Assembly: GCA_964106645.2 (NCBI GenBank)
Contig: OZ067046.1
DNA length: 64,000 bases
From: Podarcis pityusensis
Taxonomy: Eukaryota
Direction: 5' to 3' (one strand)
Part shown: one piece after another, positions 51,065 through 62,806 of the stretch
Layout of the letters: every line of letters starts with the position of its first letter
Position numbering within the stretch: the stretch's first letter is position 1
Position numbers and translations under genes: made by a program
Notes under the pieces: model-generated
The model's database searches: none
Told to the model about the DNA's origin: nothing
The model's input: only the letters and a program-made list of their open reading frames with translations

Positions 51065-51740
51065 TGTAGTAGTTTAGTCGTGTCTGACTCTTCGTGACCC
51101 CATGGACCAGAGCACGCCAGGCACTCCTGTCTTCCACTGCCTCCTGCAGTTTGGTCAAATTCATGTTAGTAGCTTCGAGAATACTGTCCAGCCATCTCAT
51201 CCTCTGTCGTCCCCTTCTTGTGCCCTTCATCTTTCCCAACATCAGGGTCTTTTCCAGGGAGTCTTCTCTTCTCATGAGGTGGCCAAAGTATTGGAGCCTT
51301 AGCCTCAGGATCTGTCCTTCCAGCGAGCACTCAGGGCTGATTTATTTAAGAATGGATAGGTTTGATCTTCTTGCAGTCCATGGCACTCTCAAGAGTCTCC
51401 TCCAGCACCATAATTCAAAAGCATCAATTCTTCAGCGATCAGCCTTCTTTATGATCCAGCTCTCACTTCCATACATCACTACTGGGAAAACCATAGGTTT
51501 AACTATACGGATCTTTGTCGGCAAGGTGATGTCTCTGCTTTTTAAGATGCTGTCTAGGTTTGTCATCGCTTTTCTCCCAAGAAGCAGGCATCTTTTAATT
51601 TCGTGACTGCTGGCACCATCTGCAGTAATCATGGAGCCCAAGAAAGTAAAATCTCTCACTGCCTCCATTTCTTCCTCTTCTATCTGCCAGGAGGTGATGG
51701 GACCAGTGGCCATGATCTTAGTTTTTTTGATGTTGAGCTT
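51065..51740 (-). mobile_element. Bov-B (RTE) LINE, 5'-truncated, with an in-frame stop
   Basis: ORFs 51432-51713 (MATGPITSWQI..DFTFLGSMITADG..KRCLLLGRKAMTNLDSILKSRDITLPTK) and the N-terminal part of 50742-51275. 11-bp TSD acggaagttgt at 51054-51064 and 51741-51751. Confidence 0.95.
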
Positions 51741-53057
51741 ACGGAAGTTGTAGCCCTAAACATCTGGAGGACACCAGTGTGTGGAAGACAGACCTAAACC
51801 ATAGTTTAAGCATTAAGTTTGATACAGTCGTAGGATGTGCATATATGTAAATATTTCTTGTATGAATGATTTGTGCACCCAAGTGGCTCGCTGACATACT
51901 CATGAGCTGAAGGAAACACGGCAGCTATTCACAGGTCTCCAAAGGAACCCATTGTGTTTATGCTTCTAAAACTAAACCCTTCATAGAATAGGTTTTTGTT
52001 TACATGTAGACTGAAGTGTCACTCATTCTAATAATGCCGCATTTATAAAGTGCAAAGAGAAGCAACCTTGAGTAAAAACAGCTGCAATTACTGTGAAATA
52101 TAGGTGAGGTGTGGGTTTTAAAAATGCATTGTGGTTTAAAAGGTGGAGTGAAATTCTGACCCCACTGAAACTGAAGCTCATGAAAGTCCCATTGACTTTG
52201 GTGGAGTCAGGGTCTCACTCCTCCACTCTCCAGGCAATCAGGTTCCACACATATAATTCTCTCTAAAGAGACTGATTCCATTGAAATGGTTCCTGTTGTT
52301 CTTTTCTAAGAGGTACTTAACCTGCAGTAACCCTCCCGTCTTTCTCCTATCTTCATTTTGCTGCTCAGTTCCCCTCTCCCTTGTATTACTGAATAATAAA
52401 TCTGACATAGATTATGTAACATCCACTGAATCATATCAGGCTGTGGGAGGCTGGAGCACAGCATAATGCAAGATGTAAGGAACACGAAAGAGGAGGTTGA
52501 GAGACAAGTGTTTTAAAAAGCGTTTCCCGGGTGCTTACAACTTTAGAAACTTGCACAGAGAACAGTTTCTAAAAATGAATTTGCACACATGAAATTACAT
52601 TTCTTAAATTAGAAAGTTCCCGGAGCCTTTTATCTACTGACCACAAGAAGCTTGGTCAGCTTCTTTGTGAACCATTAAGTTCACCGCCCTGCATTCTCCT
52701 TCCAAAGGCCTTCTTACTTGATCCACCGCATAATATCAAAGCCAGAGTCACCACTTACTTCACAATAGCCAAATCAAAGTTAACCATTTTCAGATTTGAA
52801 ACGATCCATGAATAAGAAGCACTTCAGTGTCCCTGAGTATCATCCTAGCAGACAGGGTAGTTTTCTGGTGACAGACCTACCAAATCTGCCTTTCACTATG
52901 ACTGGTATGCAACGAGCTTGCAGCAATTTGTGTAGGTTGGAGCATCTTTAGCTTCTGTGGAGGTCTTGCAGGCCACAGGTGCTGCAACTGAGAGAAGGAG
53001 ACACTTGCTTTTCAGGAGACAATTCCATGAGCCAAATCATCAGCATGAGAAAAAGTA

Positions 53058-53648
53058 CAGTGGTACCTTGGTTCTCAAACTTAATCTGTTCCGGAAATCT
53101 GTTCCAAAACCAAGGCGCGCTTTCCCATAGAAAGTAATGCAAAACGGAATAATCCGTTCCAGACTTTTAAAAACAGACCACTAAAACAGCAATTTAACAT
53201 TAATTTTACTATCTAATGAGACCACTGATCCATAAAATGACAGTATTGTAGATGATAAAAATTAATTTATTTTTTTTCTTACCTGCATTGATGATAGTCA
53301 TTGTTTGGATGGGGGGCTTTTATCCATTTCCGCAGTCACACAATCAATCAATCAATCAGTAGCTGAACTGGGTTCCACACAGTCACAAAAACAAATTAAC
53401 CGAAAAAGCCTCAAAAACAAATAGCAAAAACAATAGTGCCAAACTTAATCTATTCCAGAAGTCCATTTAACTTCCGAAATGTTCGAAAACCAAGGCGCAG
53501 CTTCTGATTGGTGCAGGCGCCCCAGAAACAATAGCCGACAGCCACATTGGACGTTCGGCTTCCAAAAAACGTTTGAAAACTGGAACTCTTCTCGGTTTCC
53601 AGTGTTTGGGGACCAAGGCATTTGAGAACCAAGGTGTTTGAGAACCAA
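53058..53648. mobile_element. Larger Tigger-like non-autonomous element, right TIR clipped
   Basis: TA followed by cagtggtaccttggttctcaaac. The right end stops at gtttgagaaccaa and lacks the last ~10 bp. Internal direct repeat aaacttaatct..aaaaccaaggcgc. Confidence 0.75.
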
Positions 53649-53789
53649 ATATATATTAAAGGTTTAGTACTAACTGAGTTTGGTGGAGACACTCTAATGG
53701 AATGGGGACAGAGCCATGTGGAGCGTGTCTGAGGCCTAAGGTGGGGGTCTTGTTAGAATAAAATTATAAATGCATACAGAAAAGCAGCT

Positions 53790-54160
53790 GGATCTCAGTG
53801 TCCAGGCTGAATGATGGGGATGGAGACGCTTCTTCAGGTATATAGGACAGAAGACATTTAGGGCTTTAAAGGTAAGCGCCTTCACTTTGAATTGTGCTTG
53901 GAAACATACCGGGAGCCAATGTAGGTCTTTCAGGACTGGTGTTATAACCCTCAAAGTTTTTGCCTGGTGCCTAAAGATATGTAACGAAGGTGCCAGGTGA
54001 GCCTCCCTAGGGAGACCATTCCACAAATGGGGAGCTACCACAGAAAAGGCCATTCTCTTGTGTTGCCATTCTCTGGATGTCCCTTGGAAGAGGCACACAA
54101 AGAAGGGCTTCAGATGATGATCTAAGGGTTCAGATTGGTTCATATGAGGAGAGGCAGTTA
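53790..54160 (-). mobile_element. Two rearranged L2 fragments
   Basis: ORF 53736-54143 has AFSVVAPHLWNGLP upstream of ITPVLKDLHWLPV..FKALN, the reverse of the native L2 order. Confidence 0.75.
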
Positions 54161-57100
54161 TTGGTAACTAATTAAGTGCTTCCCATAAAGTATCCCAAAA
54201 TGATTTAATAATAAAAATAGTTTGGCTTGATTGGAGTACTTCAAAAGCTCTTACTACTTTTGGGGGACAACCGCAGGGGTAATCATCCATTCTTTGCCTC
54301 ATTGTCTGTGCCACAGTGATAGGCTTCCTGTTGGCTTGCTTTTCACAGTGCTCCAGTCCTGTGGATAGCTGGAAGGCTGGATAGCTGATATGAACTCAGT
54401 GGTAGTCAGCTGACACAAAGGGCCAACAGTGTTTCACCTAGTCCTATAAAGATTCTAACCTAGCTCTTAACCCTGAGGAACCTGTTGACTGGAAACAGGC
54501 TGAGGTACTCTCAAACCATCTCTACTGCCCACTGACTTTGCTCACAACTTCACTGCTTCCAGCTTTCTGGCCTCCAGACCATAAGGCCTGGCAAATACGA
54601 TCTTGCTTCGCACCTCCTAGTTCCAGAAGCCGTGAAGTCTGATTCATGAAACAGATGTGTATGCATCAGATGTTTTGCTTACACATCCCATAGTATATCT
54701 ATAAATAACATGATAGTATGTCTTGGCAGATAAAACACAAGAGGAAGGAAAGATGAAGCAAGAACATCTCTCCCTGTGCTTTTTGCAAGGTCAAGTGAGA
54801 GGTCACTTCAGTAATGGGGAAGCAAGCAGAGGGCATAACTCTGCAACAAAATCAACCCAGACCCATACTGGAATGGGATAGGCATCTATTCTACCTCATT
54901 TTAGTCTCTCTGGCACTCAGTCATAGGTCTATCCTGTCTTGTTGCATTCTGTTCCATCCCATTGTATGCTGTTTGTGTGAACTTTGTATGTAAAATGTGA
55001 CCATTAATGTAAAATGTGCTTTTCAATGTTTTGCATGCATCTTTCATGCAAAAACAAAAAACCCTATCGCTACCAGAAAATCCCAGTTTCTCCACATCTC
55101 TCTTTGCAGTTCCCAATGACTTAGGCCATTGAATCCTGTTCAGCCTCACCTCTTTGCTGGCGGGCGAATCTTTGAAGTACATTTCAGTTGTCTTGTAATG
55201 ACGATGTTTCAAATCCAGTGACCCTGAAATGCTGTCATTCATAAGAAGGTGACACCTAAGCCTGAAAACTCCAAGAGAAAGCCCCAAAGCTATAAGCCAG
55301 GCTATTAGAAAAGCTTTCAAATAGCTGCTTCAATGACATATGGTATTTCGGTTTCTGGGTATTCTGCAAATAACCTTGTACTCCACCGCAGCAGTTCATT
55401 GCCATACTCCATTTCTTGTCACGATCCTGTACCCATCCCTGTCATTTCACACCACACTATATATCTTAATCCTCCTTGTTGTTAATATAGCATCCCTGCC
55501 CACCTATCCCCAGCCCAGAAAAGACCAGTCCTTTCAAGCACTCCCTCTGCATAACTCTTTGCTTCTGTGGCACTTGTTCATAAGCAATGGCGATGCCTAT
55601 AATATTTTTCTCCCTTTAGGCAGTGAGATGCATCTGGGTGGGGGGGGGGAGAGAATAAGTGGGTAGAAGTTCAGTGCAGGAGAACACAGGGAAATTGTAC
55701 CGAGCTGCACGGTTTATAATGTTCACTGAATTCAGCTTATCCCGCCTCAGAACTTTGATCCCCTGGCTGCAGAGTTTTAATTTTGCTTTCTACAGCCCTG
55801 TTTATCAGCCACAGAGCTCTGTGACCATTCAAGCTGAAGTCTCTAGGCAAAGTCTGAAGTTTCCTCCAAGAGCTGCCAAGTTGCATTTGAAACTGACGAG
55901 GGAGAAAGGAAGATTAGTCAGTTCCAGAGACTGCGGCAGTCCATCTATGTGTACTGATTTTTGAATCACACAACTTTGTGCAACTGCAATGGCAGTGTGG
56001 TGTGTCGCTCATCCTCAGTGTTGCCGCTAGCAGTGTGCAAAAGGTGTCTCTCGTGTGATATCCATGCAACCATACTCCCAACAGTGCTCCAGATTGCAAT
56101 GGACTCTGCAGCTGAGAGAAACTATACATACACTCAGCAGCAGCAATCATTTACTCAGCATTCAAAGTGCAAACAGAAGGTTGTCGCAGTCATGGAACCA
56201 CATTCCTGACTGTACTTTAGGTCACTGTGGCTTTTGCAGCCGGCGCAAAATGTCCCATATTCCTAGCAATACAATTGTACTTTCCCAGCCATTCAAAATG
56301 CAGCATCTCTATAATGAAGAGATGGGATTTCCTAGATGGGAGATGTTTGGTTCCTACACAGTAGATGAGCAGTAACCACACATTTGTTGTGAATTAAATG
56401 GATCATTTGGTGAAGCTTGAAATCCACATTGGCAAAAAGACACAAGCACACACACATTTTATCTGCACAACAGCCTTGTGGGTATGATAGCCTGTGACAC
56501 ACACAGAGAGAGCGAGAGCGAGCGTTTCAAGGTTGAGTGGAGATTTGAACCCTGAATCAGCCCAGTCTTAGTCTGATATGTCAACCATTATGAACAGATA
56601 TGTACATATGACACCTCAAAAAAATTAGTGCACAGCTTACCTGAACCATGGGGGAAAGCTGCTTTGTATATTATTGTAAAAAGATGGAGTATAAGTTTTT
56701 GTTATCATCATCAGTCTAGTATTACTAAAGTCTCTGACTTGATGGCACCAGTGTTCATTTTAGTGTTTATTGAATAATGCAGGAATTGATTCTACAGTTC
56801 TCCGTTTGCAACCATAATGCATCTACATACCTCAGCAGACCTCTGAACCATCACAAGATTCTCCATCAGCTCCTTAAAAGAGCAACTTATTTAGCTGTTA
56901 CAAGCAAAGGAATGTTTAAAATCTGGTTGCGTACTTGCATCTCTCTTGAGTCGAACAATGACGTCTGTTTCAGTCAACTGCTTGGTGTTCTGGATGAAGA
57001 TAAGCTTTTGGAAACGTATATTTCCAGGTGCTTTCTTTTGCAGTTCTAATTCAGCCAGGCAGCCCATCTGACTGCCAGTGGCCTATGTGTATTGGAAATA

Positions 57101-57688
57101 CAGCTCATGCTAGTCTCCCACCCATCTGCACAATTTGCAGAGATTACACCTGAACCAGCAATTGGCTGCCCAGGTAGGCTCCCACTTTTTGATGTGAGAA
57201 GGTTATTGCCTCTTCCAGGTAGACTTTCTTTACTTGTGATCACTCCTGCATCCAATCAGGAGCATGAACAGCTTGTTTCTAGATGTCCTGGGGTGGAGTT
57301 AAGGGTCAAGGTTAGGATGCAAGGGGAAGTAATACAGGGAAGGGAAATGGTTCTGTGAAAAGTAGAAGTGCATCACCCTTGGCCGTTATCACATTATTGA
57401 ATCCTCCCTTTTTTCCATGATGAAACTCAGGACAGAATATATAGAATTCCCAGGAGATTCCTCCATCCAGGCATTGACATCACATCTAGACCAGCTTCTA
57501 TAGGGGTGTCACTGGGAAAAAACTAGTTTGGGGAAGGGGAAAAGCCATTCTGGCCAAGCTAAGCCTCCTGATGTATATTTTTACTCCTGATCTATATTTT
57601 AGTTTGGTCAGAATCAAGTATACACTTCCAAAGTTAACACTAAATAAATTTGTGTCCCTGGGTTTTAGACTCACCTACCCATGTACTA

Positions 57689-57730
57689 GGGATGCGGGTG
57701 GCGCTGTGGGTCAGGGGTCCCTTTACCTTT
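57689..57730 (+). mobile_element. Mini Sauria SINE (head fused directly to tail)
   Basis: gggatgcgggtggcgctgtggg joined to tcaggggtccctttaccttt, flanked by acccatgtacta on both sides. Confidence 0.85.
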
Positions 57731-57767
57731 ACCCATGTACTATCTGAAACCCAAGAGGCACATTGGA

Positions 57768-58122
57768 GGGATGCGGGTGGCGCTGTGGCTTAAACCACTG
57801 AGCCTAGGGCTTGCCGATCAGAAGGTGGGCGGTTCGAATCCCCGCAACGGGGTGAGCTCCCGTTGCTCAGTCCCTGCTCCTGCCAACCTAGCAGTTCAAA
57901 AGCATGAAGTGCAAGTAGATAAATAGGTACCGCTCCCGATGGGAAGGTAAACACCGTTTCCATGTGCTGCTCTGGTTCGCCAGAAGCGACTTCGTCATGC
58001 TGGCCACATGACTCGGAAGCTGTACGCCGGCTCCCTCGGCCAATAAAGCGAGAAGAGCACTGCAACCCCAGAGTCGTCCGCAACTGGACCTAACATTCAG
58101 GGGTCCCTTTACCTTTACCTTT
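57768..58122 (+). mobile_element. Full-length Sauria SINE
   Basis: tRNA-like head with B-box ggttcgaatccc, complete body and (accttt)n tail. 28-bp direct repeats at 57731-57758 and 58123-58150. Confidence 0.95.
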
Positions 58123-60227
58123 ACCCATGTACTATCTGAAACCCAAGAGGTGCCTTGGTTGCCAGGTGTTTTCCCCCCAGCTCTTCTACCCCACTATTGC
58201 TCCTTGAACACAATTGGGATTTACTATTCCTTTTGCAAGTGGAGATGGATCCACCCCTTGGTCTATCTTGAGTGGACCTGCAAACACTGGAGGCTGTTTC
58301 ATCTCCCCCAAGACCAGAGTCTGATGGCTGGTCCACAGGGAATAAGAGACTCATGAGAAGAGATACCCCTAAGGAGAAACTGAAAGGTCCAAGATTACCA
58401 AGGTAAGAAGGTAGCTATTTCTCTAAAATGGGCATGTTTCCATATCCCTTTAGTAGGAAGGGATGTGAGGTCAGGTTGCAAAACTACATTTAGAACAGGG
58501 GTGGGGAATTTGAGGGTTGCATTTCCTTGGGGAAACGTGAGTAGGGTGGACCACATTCATGATGGGTGGGGCTGGATTTGGTGGTGGGTGGTGGCCAAGC
58601 CCAAAGTGGGTGGGGCCATGTCTCTATCTTCTAATCTCAGCAGTATAAGAAGGAGCTGTACTGCAGGGACTCCTCCCATACCTTAAATGTCACAGGGGAA
58701 AGACGCCCTCATGAAATCCAGGGCCTTTTGTAGCACCATGGAGGCTTTAAACAAACTAAGCTTAAAAAGTTGCATTGCTGGGATTCACTTACATAGTCAG
58801 CTTTCCTCCTTTTTGAAACAAAGGCATGGCGGCAGTAGCAGCAGCAACAGCAGCAGCAGACGCTATGTTAATTAGATTAGAAACCGTCAGGTCTTGTTGA
58901 TAGTATTCAAGTTACAGAAGGCTCTCCAGAGACAAAGCAGTAAATAAGAAATATCTGCTATCTCTTGGCATACAGAACAACTCGAAGGAAGCATCTCTGC
59001 ATCTTTGGCTGGGTACCGATAACTGCAGCAGCCTGCAATCCTGCACATAGTTAGGTGCTTAAATGCCGTTGAAACCAGTGGCTGTTAAGCAGCTTGAATG
59101 TATGCAGGATTGCAGCCAGTTGCTTCTCAGAAGCCAGACATTGGCATAATGCGCTTACAATGGGCATAGTTCACGTGTGCTTGTTTGGGGGCACTGTTAT
59201 ATCTGGTCAAAGAGGTTTTGTACATTTTTGAAGCACTAAAAAAACTTGCGGTACCTGTTGAATTGGAGACAAATTGAGGTGGGAGAAATTCCCTGGCATT
59301 TTAAAGAATAAATCTTATGTTTTGTTTTCCCCCATTTTTTTTAAGGCATTGAAAACTGGATAGAGCAGCTCAACAGCAGTCTTAATATTGAATATGCTCA
59401 GTGTGGGGACCTCATAGGAAGACACAAAGACTGATGCTCTAGTGTGTGCTCTCTCGCTCCCCCTCCCTCACCTAGATCACAGCTGGTGACCAGTTTATGT
59501 ATACTGAAGCGGGGAGCCTGATAGGCTTTGTAATGTCATCCTAGATAGCTTCACCATTGATGTTTCCCCTATGCATAGACATGCAGAGAGTGACATCAAA
59601 CGCTGGCTGTCCCTGTGCCGTTATTTTCAAAAGGACAGAAAGTCTTGATGGTTGCATGCTGCGGTGGTAACCTATAGGCTGGCTTCTGGGTTCAAGGGCA
59701 TTCGCAGGTTTTCAAAGAAGTTCGTCTCCGTGTCACATCCGCCGCATCCAGCAACTCAGAATACACAAATGCCCTGCAAAATCTGCAGAGCTGCCGGTAA
59801 TTTATGGCAATAGGGTTGCTTGACATTTATTGCCCTTATTTGCCGTGGCCTAGAATAAGATTTTCATAGTTATCATGACAACCTTGAAATTGCATAAAGG
59901 TAATAAAACAGCCTTCTTCCATGCTACCTTGTGCCAAACTACACAGGCGTGTGTCAACAGTCCTGTTTTAACATTTGCATGCCTTCGTTTTTATGCATAT
60001 ATGCCTGGAAGCTTAGTCAAATAACTCCTAAGCATAGTTATTAAACAAAAAAATGGGGACGTGAAAATAAGCATTGCCACTTGTAAGCTGCACCAGCATA
60101 TTAAATGTGTGTTCATTAACAAAAAAATAAATTAAAAAGCGTGAGTGTTTGTGTCCCTCGGGCAATGGTAAGCTGCATGGATTTGTGCTCCTAAATGCTC
60201 TCTTAACTTGGTAAACGTTTCTGTACA

Positions 60228-60522
60228 TGATAGCCATCTTCAAATATCTAAAGGGCTGTCACATGGAAGATGGAAGAAGCTTGTTTTCTTCGGCTCCAGA
60301 GGGTAGAATCTGAATCAGTGGATTCCAGTTAAAAGAAAGGAGATTCCGACTAAACAGCAGGAGGAAGTTTCTGATGGTAAGACTGTTTCACAGTGGAACA
60401 GACTCCCTTGAAAGGTGGTGAACTCTCCTTCCTTGGAGGTCTTTAAGCAGTGGCCCTTTGTCAGGGATGCTTTAGTTGAAATCACTTCATTGCAGGACTC
60501 CTTCCCAGCTCTGTGATTCTGC
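60228..60522 (+). mobile_element. CR1 LINE 3' fragment
   Basis: atgatagccatcttcaaatatctaaagggctgtcacatggaag..cagtggaacagact..tctccttccttggaggtcttt. Confidence 0.8.
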
Positions 60523-61885
60523 CTTAAAACCAAGGTACATTTTTTTCGGTATTGCAGATGGGATCACCCAGAATTCCAGAGCAAGGAACATAAAAAGCAC
60601 ATTTGCAGGGCTCTAATTTATGTGCTCTTTTGTTTATTTACTTGCTTACGAGTCAAATTACAGCAGTACATGGGGAAAGGACCTAGGTGTTTCAGCTGAT
60701 CACAAGCTGAACGTGAGCCAGCAGTGCAATGCAGGTGATGACTGCGGGGAGGCAGACAGGTTACACAGAGCAAAAGAAAATTTGGTTTTGGAAACCCGGT
60801 TTCCTTTCACTACATCCACCAGTAATGAGTCTGGCAGAAGTGACTTTTTCACTTGCAGAACGGTGATTTGAAAAACATTCATTTCCCTGGAACAAAAGGT
60901 TTTGCATTTCCTCATCGAGATGTTGCAAACATAGTTTCAGCTGCCATACCGCATTTCACTTGCTAAGTGTATATGCCCTATTTACATGATGGAATATTCT
61001 GCAGCGGGTAGATTTGGCTTCCAGTATGTAAGTATTATCAAGCAAAAACCACAACAGTTGTATGATAAAGAGGAGTTATGCCTTGTTTGTTGGCAAGAGA
61101 ACACACCTTTCTGTGGGTTGGTTTCTTTCTTTTTAAAAAATGCTTCTGTAAGAGTTGTCATGCCAGCAGATCTACCTGCTAAAGCAGTGGTTCTCACCTC
61201 AGCAGGTGCACAAAAAAGTATAGGTAATTATACGTTTGAAACATAGCTTTTCAAGGCACCTCTTACACACAGCTCACTCCTCTGCTTCTTGAACAGTGTA
61301 ATCTAGGTAACATAGGCTGGGCATCAGGATGCTGAGTCTCATAGCTGGATGCAAGGCTGATGCCTACATTCAGGGGGAAAACCCACACAGTACAACCATC
61401 CTTGGACTACCAAGTCAGAGTGCAGATATTTGAACACATCCCTGCATTGAAAGCTCTCTGCCCATGCTAGGGATCCAATTTGTGCTGCATTCCCTTAAGG
61501 GCAGTTGCTGGACTCTCTCCCTGCCCACTTCCTCTTCTCCTGTGGTCTGGGACACAAGTAGGTAACCTGTAGCCTTTGGGCTACATTTGACTCTTGTCCT
61601 AGTTTCAAAGCCCCTGGAATGCAAGTAGAACCCTCTGCACAGGGGACCCTGATTAGCTCCCGGATCATAGAATTGTGGAGTTGGAAAGGACCCAAAAGGC
61701 CATCCTATTTTGCCCCCTGCAATGCAGGAAGGCATTGCACTCTAATCAGGTGTGTAGGTAGGGGTGGTGGTGGGAGCGGTCCGCACCAGGTGCCATCTCT
61801 GAGGGGGGTGACAAAAAGGCACACCGCAAGGGGCTCGCCCGCCGCCCCTGGACATGAGCCACTGCTCTCGGTGCCCATGCAGCTA

Positions 61886-62065
61886 CAGGTGAAACTCAAA
61901 AAATTTCGAGTACACCGTGATAATCACAATTATAAGAAATAAAGGGTTGACATATCTCACTTTGCATGTCATGAGTCTATCTCATATATTCGTTTCACCT
62001 TTTAAGTTGAATTACTGAAATAAATGAACTTTTCCGCGATATTCTAATTTTTCGAGTTTCACCTG
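61886..62065. mobile_element. Tc1-like MITE nested in an older GC-rich MITE remnant (~61748-62079)
   Basis: TIRs caggtgaaactcaaaaaatt and aatttttcgagtttcacctg with TA TSD. Confidence 0.85.
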
Positions 62066-62580
62066 TAACTCTGCCACTGACTAGTGAATATGAATAGGGC
62101 CCCTTCAGCACCCTTTCCCACTCAAGAGGGGGAAGGTCGAGGACAATACGCATAGGGAAGTTGAGGAGAGGTTATGCATGTGCACAGCTGCCTCCCATTC
62201 ATTGATGCAACATTTGCAATGGTGATGTCCATTTGGATTGCTACTGCAGATTTTCACCGACTCTGGTTGTTGACATTGCACTGAGGAGAGGAAGGAGACG
62301 GAAAGTGAGGGCAGCAACAGTGTGCTAGGCTTTCAGAGCAAGCCCACCTCAGTCGGAGAGGATTTCCCCCTTCTCTTCCTTTTTTTCTGCTATGGGTTCA
62401 CTCTGCTCTTTATTCCACACCTTCCAAATTCCAGATTAATGTGAAATTTATTCTAAACTTTGTTTTGGAATTGGATCCAGACCAGCTTTCAATTACTTCA
62501 GGGAATTTTCATCCTTTGGCCTCTGTACATTATTGATATACACATAGAATTCCTACCCACTGCCTTACAATTAAGTGGTA

Positions 62581-62806
62581 CAGTGGTACCTCGGGTTAAG
62601 TACTTAATTCGTTCCGGAGGTCCGTTCTTAACCTGAAACTGTACTTAACCTGAAGCACCACTTTAGCTAATGGGGCCTCCTGCTGTCGCCGCGCTGCTGG
62701 AGCCCGATTTCTGTTCTTATCCTGAAGCAAAGTTCTTAACCTGAAGCACTATTTCCAGGTTAGCAGAGTGTGTAACCTGAAGCGTATGTAACCTGAGGTA
62801 CCACTG
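62581..62806 (-). mobile_element. Tigger/pogo-like MITE, family A, copy 5 (inverted)
   Basis: Reverse complement of 19471-19696; TA TSD. Confidence 0.9.
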
